DNA of 64,000 bases from Raillietiella orientalis (taxonomy: Eukaryota): NCBI GenBank assembly GCA_036172245.1, contig JAYWIR010000013.1, positions 1,736,001 through 1,800,000 of the forward strand, written 5' to 3'. Below, in pieces: positions 13,421 through 26,150 of the stretch. The position numbers and the translations under genes are program-made. Each line of letters opens with the position of its first letter. Positions within the stretch are counted from its first letter, which is position 1. Under the pieces are notes generated by a model. That model saw nothing but the letters and a program-made list of their open reading frames with translations, had not been told where the DNA came from and ran no database searches.

Positions 13421-14499
13421 ACAATCGTCTTGGTGGGGAGAGTGGAGGGAAAGAGAGTTTCATGATGCTGTAAGGCGTCACGAATCTGAAGTCCAGCTCC
13501 CTTAATCCACGTGATTCTGGGCTCAGGGAACGGTCTTTCGCAGAAAGGACACCTGCAGCCACGACGCCGTGAACAGAGAAACAAAAGCATCTAGGTTCAA
13601 GGCAAGAGGAGAAGAAGAAGGAGAGAATCAAATAAAGGTTCGCGAGAAGAATAGAGATTCATCTTCCGGTTCCTTCCGCTGGCTTCCTCAAACCCCAGTT
13701 GCAATGGACACGGCCCTGTCGTGCCTTCAGGTGCTGCCCATAGGAGCGCGCACCCGTTTCGGAGCTTGTATGTGCGCAAGGAACAGGGATAAAACTGGGT
13801 TTCCTGGGTTTCCTTTTCGCGTCGTCGATCTCGATGGCACGAAGAATGTTCGCGAAGACACTGAACTGAGAACCGCCCATGAAGGATGCAAGCGGGACGG
13901 ATGCTGTGGGGTCCGTCTAGGTGCGCCATCGCCGCATCAGTCCTGCGACGATAGGAGCGGTGGACGCCTCCTCGCGCAGGCAGTTGTCTGCAGTCGCGAA
14001 GACTCCAGCAAGACCGAACTTTGCCGTCAGCAGGAGGGCTGCTCACTTCGTTGGCCCAGTCCGCATCGAGTGTGTGGTGGTTGAGGGGTCACCACTGGTC
14101 AGTCTTTGACTAATGGCTTTCTTCCCTTCTCCCTTTATCACGTCCCTTCCCCAAATCAATCAAGGTATAATTCCCTGTTCTATTATTGGGTTAGACAAGC
14201 CTATTGCATTTTCACAAAGGCAAGCTTCACCTCTTGGGACTCCTCCTTCCTTCGGCCCCCACAGGCTTCTCTGAACTCTTCGGTTAACTTTCCCTCCCAC
14301 CAGTAAAGGAAAACCTGCATGTTTATTTATATATTTTTAAGCATAAACAAAAGACCCTGAGAATCCGGCCGTCCCGTCATTCCGACGCTTAGAATGGATT
14401 CCCCATCTTACAATCCTGGAGCCAGTTTCAGGTTGGTTTCCAATGGCTTGGACGGTACGGAATCGGAGTCTGCAAGAATCCGCCCAGAACCGTCAAGTG

Positions 14500-15750
14500 A
14501 TGACTTCGATTCTGATGATCGGATGGGGACGAGTGAGGAAAGTTCCGGACATCTCAAAGATAAGGAAACGCGACTGCCTCCAGAAACTCCACCTCTGTGG
14601 AGTAGTCTTCCGTGGCGCCAGCTCTGCCTTCGTACAGCTTTGCATCTGCGCCGTTTCGCGTTTCGAATTCCCGTTCGTCCGGCACTGGGCAAGTTGTCTG
14701 GGAAAGCTGCAAGGCGCTCGCTTCGAGCTCGTGCGCTACGTGATCACCTCCGTCGCACCTCCTTCGATGGCGCTCCCGGGCAGTGGTGCTCCGGTGAGTT
14801 CTTCCGGGCAGCGTCGGACGCACCACGATCTCGTCCTGTGGGGGGCACGCACCTGTCCACCTCGGTGCTGGTGATGGTCGGTCGCGCGCTCTTCGTTGAG
14901 GTGCGGCAGGAGGGAAGCTTCGGTGTGACGGGGTGCTGCTAGAAGGTGCTCGTTCACGTTCGCCATGGCCGTCGTCTTGACCTAGTTCCAGAGAGAACTC
15001 TGCCCTACTCTGCAGAAATAGATCGCCACGCGACCCAGCTACCTCTTTCGCTTCCCTTCTGTTGTTGCCTTGAAAATGCCTTCCATGCATTGACCACCTT
15101 ATTCACAGCCTCACCACTACCGCATTTGGGAGCCATAGCGCCATTCCATAGTTTGTATGAGGTGCCACCTAAGCGGACGTGGAGCACACGCGATGGAACA
15201 CTCCAACACTGGCTCTGTCTCAAGTTACCCCATTTCTCTCTCCGTCCCGGGATCTCTTCTGAAGTTCTCGGAAGCAGATCATCGTCCCTGGAGAAAGCTG
15301 AGCTCGAAATCGCCCTTCTGTTTCCCTTTTTGCAAACAGACAACGGGTGAGAGAGGCACCTCCCGTGCCTCCTGTGCTGGGCCGATTGATTCCTCGTTCC
15401 GGGATTCGGTCGTACCCTGCTTCCCTTCTTGGCACGTCCTCTCTCAGAACTCTGGACGACTGATTCGCCCGTCCTCTTCCCTTCCTGGACCTCGAACTCG
15501 CTGCAACCGACCAACTCGTTTCTTCACTTCCAGTGTTCGATTTCCTCCCTTGCGCTTCCGGCCGGGTCAGACAAGCCGGCGAATGTCCTGGCGAATGGGG
15601 AGGTCGCGGACGTCCTTCGCCTCCACATTTGTGCTGGAGACACTTCCCCCCTTCGCCGAGTTCGATGTTTCTTTGGGAGGGAGCAAGCCGGTTGCCACGA
15701 CGTCGACCACACCACCTAGGACAGACTTCCCTCCGCGTCCTGCGGCTTGA
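14500..15750 (-). mobile_element. Degenerate LINE ORF1 region, inverted paralogue of the 7.2-8.2 kb copy
   Basis: 14543-14921 is the near-identical reverse complement of 7782-8165, including the knuckle relic. Weaker similarity continues outward. Confidence 0.65.
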
Positions 15751-16490
15751 ACAAGGTCGTGGCCTTCCGTCGCACTTCTGTACCTTGGTGGGGTCTCAGC
15801 GTTGCGGGTTCGAATCTCGGCCGGGGAAGGATCGAAGCTAAGAAATGAGGGCTGTGTTGTGGGTTTCCAGTTCCCCTCGTGAGATGAAGCTGGTTGGCCC
15901 GTGATCGGGTGAGACTGGCAGAAGCTGGTAAAAACCAGATGCCCTTGATGAGTAGCCGGGATTGGGAGTCTACCACGGAGCCGGTTCACCACCGGTTCGG
16001 GATTCCCCTCTAGTTGAAAATTGAGCCTTCCCCTCCCTTCTTCGGGAGGGACCCTCCGATCCTCGTACCATGGGGCTGATGGATTGATGACACCTCTCCA
16101 GAGTGTTAAGAAATTCGCTGCTCCCTTCGGGGCGAGCCCTTCAGAGAAACTTGGAAGCGCCCCTTCGGGGTCTTCTCCAGAGGAGTAACAAGGAGCGGTT
16201 TTCCTCCCGAGGACCCCTCCAAGGGAAAAAGGAAGAGGTGGTTCCCTTCGGAATTTGCTGCCAAGCGTGAAAGGACTCCTTCCTCCGGAGCCCTTCCTGG
16301 ATTCATAGGGTGGTCTTTCCGGGGTTGTCCCCTAATTTGAAGAGTTACTACACGCACCTTCGAATGGCGTGGACAGTGCTAAAGAGCTTCGCGAGCTCCC
16401 CTCATGGTGACCATCGGTTCTCCAGCACCCCTCGAGAACCGAAAAAAAAGAAAAAAGCTGGAAGGAAAGCGGGGAGAGCAGAAGAACTCC
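15750..16490. repeat. Dispersed repeat family, most complete copy (tRNA-like motif, CTTCGG repeats, A-rich tract)
   Basis: GGTTCGAATC at 15807. Hairpins cccttc-ttcg-ggaggg (~16035) and ccc-ttcg-ggg (~16123, ~16161). The 3' part aligns with 3560-3780. Confidence 0.75.
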
Positions 16491-19400
16491 AAAGGAAGTC
16501 CATCAATTTTAGGTCAATGGTTACGATCTCCCCGTGGGGTCGCTACTGACCTTTTTTTTTAAAAAAAAAAAATCAACACCACGGAGACTTGAATCCAAAT
16601 GCGCGCTGGGACGAATCTCTTTTGACATTCCCTGCAGGCTGCTGAAAATAGAAGAGCTTGCGGAACTGCCGCCTCGTGGTTTCTGCCATCTCGTTTTTCT
16701 GATCCTCTTGGCCATCTGGTACTCGGCATTTTCAGATGACAAAACATTCGTTCTAAACGCTCAGAAGGCCATCATTGGACGAGCACTGCGTGAGGCAAGG
16801 AGACGTCAAGATTCGAAGTTCGGTTTCAAAAAACCGAAGCAGCTCGCCTCCCAGCGTCCTTCCGCCGCCTTTTCCGTCACGTAACAGCGTCGATCCTGCC
16901 CTTTGCCAGGGAGCCGTGGTAGAACGCTGACCGGACGCAGTTTATGGAATATGCATCACCTCCATGGCAGTTGCGCGCACAGGGCAGCGGTCTCAAGTGC
17001 CAAAAGAATCGACGGAGAGGCCATCGAGAGGAACAGCTGCCCGCTCATGTGCCAGCCGTGAGGGAGGGGCTGAATGCGCGTGAACCGGCAGTGCCGAATA
17101 GTCCAGCGGCACGCCGGTTCATGGCAGGGTCACGGCAGGGTCACGGCTCGCCTTCTTTACAATGCGGGCAGAATGGCCAACCAACAGACAACAACAGAGC
17201 GCTGCTGGACTGCCCGTTTTCGCACGGATCGTGAAAGGCAGTCCCGGATACCGAAAGCCGAGTCGGGAGGGAGTCCCGATGCGTGTGTGGAATGTGATGT
17301 GTGTGGAAGGGGAAGTTTTCGCAACGCTCGAGTATCTCGGAAAGGGGACTGTGCCATTCAGCCAGGAACCTATCCTCTTCGATAGATTCCCAGAGAACAC
17401 TCCATACGTAGACAAGAAAAGGGAGCGCACTGTTTACTTTCCGGGATACCGTAAGCAAAAGCATTCATCGCTCCCAATTACGGATTATTTCGTAATTGGA
17501 AAGGTAATTGGCGATTGATTTTCGATGTTCACAGGCCATCAAATTAGCTTTTTTGCTCTCGCATGCTAAAGAAGAAACATCGTTTGTGCATGGGAGCGGG
17601 TGGGAGCATTTAATAAAACATGACTACGTCGGAAGCATTTCAATTTTTAACCAATCACTTGCATAGAGGCTGCAGAGAACATGGAGATGCAAGAGGGGAA
17701 AAGGAAGAACAAGAAGCAGTGCTTCTTCCCAGTCCGAAAGGGGATGAAAAATTCCGAGCGAGGTTTCGAAATTTCAGCTCGATAACGCAGACCACAGATC
17801 CCTTCAGTCAGATGCTTACACACGTCATCCATCTTGCCTCTGACATAATTACAGGGTAAATTAAGGCTTGCCACCGATAAAATACAAAGCAGGAACACTT
17901 GAGCTTTGAAGTGGTGCGCGAAGCTTTAAATATAGAAACACGTGACATACTTATAAGGGTGCAGTTGTTTTCACGTGATTATGTCTCACTGCATCACTCA
18001 AGACAGTGAATGTGCGCATCCTGCAACACAAAAGTGCAATAGGTGATACATCATCAAAGATCACCCCCGCAGCTATCAGCGCACCACGGCAAACAGCAAC
18101 AGAAGAGAACCAAACATTCGGCGAAAACATGGAATATAAAGTGGAGGGCATCCCGAATTCTCTGCACGCCACGGGTATGCGTGAGGTGGAGATGCACCTT
18201 GGATCAAACCATCCCTCGCATCCATGCCGAAAGCACCATTACCGAGCAGTCCCCGGGAACGCATCCCTTCCGTGAGCCCACCTGTGTGCGTCTCCGGGCA
18301 GCATGGTGATTCCCTCAGGCGATGCGCGCATTTTCAGAAGTGCGTTCAGATTTCGTTTCGCATGACGGCGAAGGTTACTGACGAAATGATCATCCACAGG
18401 GATCGCATCCGTGTTGCATCCGTGCAAAGAAAGAGACGCGACAGGGAACTCGCATTCCCCCTTATTACAGGCCAAAGTGACGGCAGGCGTCGCTGATCGC
18501 CGAAGAGTTGGTGTCAGCGTACCCTCCCACGGAAAGGCACGACAGGGGAGGCGGAGTCCAAAAAATTCGCTCTTACTGAGGATCAAATTCAGTTCACAAA
18601 TGGAACCAACGTCTGCAGCTTTCCTTCTCCGAGAACGAGATTAGAAAGTGAATCTCAGGGCATCCTCTCTTTCACGCCCATCTGGTCGCATCCAAAGTTA
18701 AATAGGTATGTACTTCACCTGTCAACCAACTTCACCACGGACTTTACTTGGAGGATGTATTTTTTCCAGTGCTGCCAGAATCTCATGACGATCCTTCTGA
18801 GCATGCGAATGTTTCTATCAACCTCTGAACTTGTCAGTCCCGAAGAAAGAGAGGAGCAAAAATATTGTCAGCAGACCCCGGCAACACACTCCGCATAAAA
18901 TGCGGACAACTTGAAAAAAAATCACGAGGGCTGCTCAGCTTCGCACGCAACGTGGTACAAAAATGGCAATGTACGTTACCTATTGCTAGATTTGTACTGA
19001 ATCTACATGAACACGAAGTATTGGAATGCAGCATTTTCGAAAGATTGCATTTTTTTTTGGCTGAAGACACGGCAAGTGTACATTGCGCAATGTTTCTTAG
19101 AAGGTGTGTGCCCAAACATGCAATTCATTCATAGAGTAATGGAGGAAGTATGTACGATGATTTGTGACACGTGATGACAAATAGCATGAGCTTCAGACTA
19201 GAACATTTATCCGTAAAATAAATACTTCACAGACGTTTGGAAAACACACATCCATGAGAGTGGAGCACACGAAAGCGGCAACGGTAAATCTGTGCTCCTT
19301 ATCACGTGAAAGTGTCTATAGATATCATAAGCAGTTTTAAACATCAAAATTACAAAACCGATATTCTCACTTTCTCTTACTAGCAGTGCATAACCTGAGC

Positions 19401-19499
19401 ATGAAAAACGCTCGTTGTAATCCAAATATAGTACAGTACTTGGGCTATCCGGCATAGCATAGTACAGGTGCTTGCAGACTACAAGCACGGGGAACATTT

Positions 19500-22190
19500 T
19501 GACTGTTTGCCACGGACGCGGGGTATAACTGCATCAGAGGAAATCCATTCCTGGGATGGGTATCTTCCCAGGTTGTTGCATGTTCTTACCACAAACTCTT
19601 ACCACAAGCTCATGGGAGTAAACAAACGCTTCGTTGATACGTCACAATGACAGTCCCGTGTTCATGTACACCGACTACTGTATTGACAAGATTGGTGTTC
19701 CTCTTAGTAACTGTGACGATATCGGATAAAACGAACGCTCGTATTAAAAAAAAAAAAAAACAAAAAAACTCTTAAAATGAATGGTAAGTTGATTCTTTTC
19801 ACTTGTTACCAGGACAAACAGTAAAGAGTGAAGAGGAGTTCGAATAAACTAATTAACGATTGATTGTGGTTAGTTTCACATCATCCTTCGTGCACGCAGT
19901 AACACTACGAAATACGGCTGATCAATAAGTACATATGGATTCCGAATTCATGGATGGAACGCGTTCCTATGAAGTATCAATAATAGAGCGTTGGTTATGT
20001 AGCAGTAGCACACGTCGATTCCCTATCTGTGGAACACAACTAACGAGGCCATGACTCCTGTGCCCACTTCTCCACTGTCCGATCCAGAAATATCATTGAA
20101 GGATTCCCTCTAGAAGTGGTCTTTGATCGTGACTATTCGCACAGCCCAAGGAACACAGATGCTTAACAACACATCCAAAGGATGCTTCTTCCGCTTACAT
20201 AAGAATCGAAATGACGCCATTCGTTTCCGGCGTTTAGCAGTCCTCTGCTTTAATTCCTCCGGTTCCAGACGTACCTGACATATCCTGGAGGTCACGGGTG
20301 TCATTTCCAAATTTATGGGTAAAACCACTGACAGGCGTGAAATATGGTTTCCTCGATTGCTACTCGAAGATCCGAAGAGAAAGATGATGGTTCGGCACGA
20401 TCAGGAACCCAGCATTCGGATTGCCACCATAAACAACGCACTCGAAGAAAGTGCCACTGGCGTCGACGAGTGCTCGTGGAAACGCAACTCGTGCCCTCGA
20501 GAGTCACTTTTGTTGCGGGATTCATCCCTCTTACAGCAGCGCGCATTCACTTGCAGAGGAAAAAAGAAAAAGACAGGGAAAAGAAAAAGACATCATGCAA
20601 AAACAAACGTTTATTAACTCGAACGAGTCTGTACTCAACGCAACCTCAGGGATTCCGAGCACGGAGCTCCACGTACCTTTCCGTACGCGCGCCGTTCGAA
20701 CAGTGGACGAAACCACGCAAGGAAACGAGGAGACAACGTGTGTGCAATACACCAGAGAAGAATAAAGGCTAAGCATCCGGGACTTGAGCACACCCGTGGA
20801 TGAGCTCAATCCGAAGTCTGCTCTTCTTCCAGGTCTTCAAGGTGGGATCTCTTGAGACGCCGTGCCCTTCGACGGTGCGATTCGGCGGACAGCATGGGAA
20901 CGAGCAGCATAGGCGAACTGCTGTGAAGTGGAGATGAATGCTTGTAGTTGAAAGGGCGAGCCCTCGCCCCCGCATTCCTGGTGGTGGAATAACACATGCT
21001 CGCGCTATGGGAAAAGGAATTTGAAGAAAGGGAACACAAAGAACTAGAGAAAGCTGGGGTCCACGAAGAATTCTTCGGAAAACTGTTTTCCAGAGATTTC
21101 CTCGAGAGAGCTTCTATCCTCGTACTTCTCCTCTTCCCAAGCGATCTGTATTGGTCCTTGGGCGTGCTAATGAGAAAAATCAACAATTTGTACGAGGAAG
21201 GCAAATTAGTGACATTGTTCTAAAGAGCAAATACGGATGAATAGCACACGGATTCACTTGGGGCAACGCGTCCGATGCTTTCCGCTTCACACTTTGTGGA
21301 GTCGAAGGCTTTGAAACGAAAACTAACAGCGTGAAGGCTGCTTGAGATGACATGGGAGAGAGTACAGAAAAGATTCGAAGAATCCACCCAGCAGGTTTCA
21401 GGAACAGCATTCGGTTTCGTTACTTTCTTCCCTCTTCCAGCTTGTTTCTTCATCGATGCTGTGCTTCTCTGCCTGGATCTGCACTACTCTCCGCAAGAGG
21501 TCTATGCCCAGAGGATGCACAGAGACAGCACAAGAACGAGAGACGTTGAGCACCTCAATGCACCTTTGCGTTTGAGTTGCGAGCGCCTCAGTAGGGAACA
21601 CACTTTTTTAAAAGTCCGCATCGCTTCCCTCGCTTGAATGATGGGGCTATCCCGGGTCCAGGTGTAGGTTGCGAAACTCGGAATGGCAACGTGTGCTTCG
21701 ATCACCATAGTAAGGATCTTTTTAATATCCTCAGGCATTTCTTAGCAACAGGTGCTGCCCGCGAGTTTGCTTGCGTTTCGGCATGGAAGACCGATGCAGC
21801 AACTTCATCACTGTTTTTCGGAGAAGCAGCCGAGACCCCATCGTTCGGAGAGAAGTAAACACGCTCGTGGACTGCTGCTGCGAGACTTTGATTTTGCTCT
21901 TCCGTGGTCCCGAGGTGTAGAACCGAAGTCTCGAGTTCAGAGATCCCAGAGTCAATTTTACTATAGTCCCAAAGAGGCACGAACAGCCAAATGCATAAAC
22001 ATGGCAAGAAAAAAATACTGGAGCGAGTCCAAGGCGAGAAACGCAGGAAGGTGCCTAGTGCGGAGAATTCGAATCTTTCATTGCAGGTCTGTTCCCCAAC
22101 TTCTTTATCAAGTTCCAAGAAAACCCACTAACCTGATCTTCGGAGGTTTGCTGATGGAGAGGTTTACTGAGCCCCGATCTTAGACCAAAG
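19500..22190 (-). mobile_element. Highly degenerate BEL/Pao LTR retrotransposon pol (RT-RNase H-integrase), copy 1
   Basis: Motif relics in canonical order: PPKIRLV, CNERF, RVYF, EAMRTFKKVCSLL, VHPLGI, VTKP..DSSNLFCTLSHVI (TKR..FDPLGxLSP), VLP..LLSICVPW (integrase Zn region), CYITNALLL (TCxxTRAVHLEL). Confidence 0.55.
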
Positions 22191-22352
22191 TACCAGGGTG
22201 TAAGCTGGTATTCATGAATAAAGTGATTTGGTCTAAGATCGGGGCTCAGTAAACCTCTCCACCAGCAAACCTCCGAAGATCAGGTTGGCGGGTTTTCTTG
22301 CAACTTGATAAAGAAGTTGGGAAACAGACCTGCAATGAAAGATTCGAATTCT
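22064..22352. repeat. Long inverted repeat: 126-bp arms, 37-nt spacer
   Basis: 22064-22189 is the reverse complement of 22227-22352 with 5 mismatches counted by eye. Confidence 0.97.
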
Positions 22353-23149
22353 TCACCACACGTGTATTTAGAACCAAGAAGGCTAGCTACTGGATCCTCC
22401 TTCGCAACGCATAAGTTAGAGTGAAAATTAAGCACCGCAGGATGCACCGTCTACCGCTGGTGAATTCTGTTTGCTTTGTCTTATCACAATGTGCTCTTAG
22501 CTGCCCAACTAAGCATCTATTCTTCCGCTCTTGTAGCTCACAGCGATCAACGCATTCACAACGCACAAATCAATTACGAGTCTGCAGGACTCTCGACGGG
22601 TTCTCGACGGTTCAGCCAGCAGAAAGAATTCCTCGGTGGCACTTTCGCACATCTCGAAAGTTCCGAGAATTCTGGCGATACAAACAACACTGCAACACCT
22701 TCACGGCAGCGCGTCGATGTCCAAATATGAGGACACCCTTCTCATTTCGCTGAGGGGCATCCTCGGGGACTCTTTGCAAACCGGGCTCGTTCAAACGGAC
22801 ATGCTGCACTGAAGGAATTCGTCCCGGAATGCCTTGGGGCAAGTGTTCCAAGGAAGCACGCTGCCGCTCCATCCGGACAAGCGTCGCAGTTTGGCTGTTT
22901 CGCTGGGTTTTCCCAAAGACCATGCACGGAACTGAAAAAATGATGAATGCAGCTTTGGCACGATTGCTGCGTTGGATTGGTTAGCACGCTGTCTGTTTCT
23001 TCGAATGGGCAAAGCCGTTCGGCAATCCGCATCTCTCATCCGGGTGGCGAACTCGCTGGGCAAACTTTTACTTTTCGTTGGCACCCAACTGGAGCTCAAC
23101 GCATACACTCATGATGAGAGATACGGAGAGTAAAGAACACTTCAGAGCT

Positions 23150-26100
23150 CGACCGGGACTTTGGAAACCTTCGTTATTACTCCATCAGAGTTGACAATTT
23201 CTGACGAATACAAATGCTCTCGATCCCTCAGTTGGCAATCTTCCTGCGGAACGTCTCTGATGAAAAGTTTATTTGGTAGTTCATTCTTTAATCATAGCAC
23301 AATTTCCGAAATATTCCACAGACCATTCATTAAAGCAACTAATAAAACATTCACGGTTCATCCAAGAAAGAATAAATGCTTCGCATTTCCGCCTCTATCC
23401 TTTCTGATGATCGCAGACCTCTAGCTTGTCTGCAAAGCTCCGTTAGTTTTGTTTTGATAACAGTTTACTAAGAGATTCAATCTTGGTGGATTCTTATCAT
23501 CCAAAGCGTTATCATAACAAGAAGCTGCCTTAAAGTTATCTCTGTTTCCTCGATGAAAGGAGTTTCCGAGAATACTCTCAATGAAGAAATGAGGAAACCT
23601 TTCTTCCATACAATACCGTGTGCATCAAATGTGAAGAAAATTGAAATGAATCGCACAGCGGTGTGTACACAAACAAGACGACACACATACGAGGGAATCT
23701 GTCTGAAGCAAACAGACCTATGCTCGATGTGTGAGGCCCATATGAATTTCGGGAGATGTCAATAGGATTTTTTGGGGAAAAAATGCAAACCCGCTGCTGA
23801 AGAAACGAAAATAATCCTTCCGCTCTTTTGTTTCACATTTAAAGTCGAGGTGAAGACGATCGTCTTCGAGGTGCCACTGCTAAGTGAAAGAATTTTGGCT
23901 GCCACCGTAACCGAAACCAAATATCCGTTGCCTGTCGGTGTGAATCCCTTTCGGATTCGGTCTTGACCTGAAGTCCACGAGACAATATGAAACCACGATG
24001 CGTAGGCAGCAGCAGGGAATACGCATCCCGGCAACCGTCCGACAAGCAGTATTTTCGAGAATGGTGAATTTTTTCGGTGATCCTCAGGATTTGGGGAGAG
24101 CACGGGAGAAAACTTCGTGCTTCCTGTTCGAAATTCCCAAAACACATAAACGTGGGGTGCAAGCGCACACATAAGAACTCGGTTCTGTCGAACACAAGAG
24201 CAGTAACTGTGTCCTGGCTATTGGAAGCAGATGACAGCCTCATGTTTTTTTTTTCTTCAATAACAGCCATTCTAACTATCTAATAATAATTACCTCAACT
24301 TGCATTTTGTGTGTTATAGGGAGAATGTCGAGAGAAATATTTTGTCCTGATGCACTCTTTGAGGAATTTTTCGCTGTATTGTAAATAAGGCAAAACTTTC
24401 TCACGGAGTATTGAGCGTTATTTCAGTCGTCTGAACTCTCCTGGTGTACATTCGTATGAAACGTGCACATACTGATGCCTGTGCTGATGACATTCCTTAA
24501 TTATTGACCGCCAACTTCCGCGTGTAGACTTGCAATTTCCTTGCACATCGAAAAACTTGGAGAATTCTTTCTCGCCTTTTCTGGAATCTAAACTACGAGC
24601 TTTTAGATCAGATCAGTGGAGGACGACATCAGTCGTTTCGTTTGGGAGATCGCGGAATGAGGCATTACAAAGGCAAGAGTCCACAAACTCTGTGAAAGCG
24701 ACTCTTTTTGTCCTATTTGCCCCGAGTATTTCGCCACGTGAACACTAGGTCCTGCACAATAGCTTCACCTACGATTGGCTGAGGTTCTTATCCATTTCCG
24801 GCTTAGTGGAACAAGTATGATTTTCCTTTTTTCCGGCTCCGAATTCGCCCCATCACATCTGACCATTTCACGATTGTACTTTTTTCCGCTTTGCCGAGTC
24901 CGAAAAGGCACAGCGGGCATACTTTCGTTTTGGAAAGCATACAGGAAGCGTCGGACGAATCCCAACACAAGTGCCATCACTTCTTGCAGTCTTCCGGAGT
25001 TGATCCGAAACTTGGAGCACCTTTCATGGTGGAATACGCGTTGACGCATTTGCTTTCTGAATACCATTCACCATGATGCAACTATGATTTCCTAACTCCT
25101 TCAAAGATAGCCTTTTTTTTTTTTTCCTCCCCCCCCCCCCCGAGATAAATTCAGCTGCGGTTACCGTTTCGTTCCTTTTATTTCATGGAAGCACATGCAA
25201 AAATGACCTCCCTTCCGAAAAAAACGCGGGCTATGTAGGGGAACCCGTCATCGCATTGCCCATACCAAACGTGCCAAACGCTGAACTTTGCACACATTCA
25301 CTTTGCAGAGCTCCCGCGCAAGTGCGTGCGTCTTTCAAGCGCGAAAGTGCCGCACTCTGACTGCTACAAATCCATCAGCAGCAGCCAGACAGAACGTGGT
25401 AACATGTCAAGGGACAACTTTTGCAACTGTGATGGCAGCGTAATTGCCTTGCTTTCCTAATGAGATGAACGGATGCTGCTGCTGCTGCACGCTGTTCTAT
25501 AATTTACTGTTTTACTCGAACTGATCGATAGAGGCGACTCTGCGATATCGTTCCCGAAAGTTTCCCGATGTGATCCGAAGGTTGTGAACCCACGCAGTTC
25601 CGTTGGGCATCGTTCGGAATTCACCTTTTTCTAACGCGGAAATTGGTACTCTGCGTGGGGGTGGCACAGCAAGCGTTGCTTGCTTGCTTTGTTTATAGCA
25701 ATAGGTTAGTTCAGAGTTTAAAATATGAAGCGTAAAGTACCTAGTTGAAAAAAACATCAAGTAAAACCAATCTACTCCCGTGAGAAGATCCTGCAGGCAC
25801 GAAGTTCTTAATGAAAACTGAATGCTGAATCCCAAGCGGGAAAAGGCCATTTACTCTGCCGTTAATTTGCGGACAAGGCCAAGATTCCCCCCGTTGGCAC
25901 ATTGTGCAACCACAGTGAGATCAGACTTAACGCTCAGCCTTACGGGAACCCTTTCGATTTTCACCCCATGAAGCTCGAATGAGGAACGAGACTTCCGGAC
26001 ACAGATCATTTCTTAGGTGCCCGCAAGCAGAGAAAATGAGAAATCAGTGGCAAATCAGAATGATTTTCGGAAGGGAATCTCAATCAGCTGGCAATTTTTA

Positions 26101-26150
26101 GGGAAGGCAGGAAAACTGGGCTCAGCACCAAGAAATGATTTCGAAATTTC
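23150..26150 (-). mobile_element. Highly degenerate BEL/Pao pol, copy 2
   Basis: LVPHSS (YLPHH), LLTGVDWFYLMF (ALTADIEKMF), EFRTMPNGT (RVPFG), SGRLQEVMALVLGFV (KLLRVTAYVLRF), LVCVHTAVRF and GNRDNFKAAS (SDNGTNFxGA), NGLWN (GGxWE), EIVNS. Confidence 0.65.

Noticed and set aside
20996..21223. Plus-strand 75-aa protein-like ORF
   Set aside because: Lies antisense to the BEL RNase H region; no independent support.
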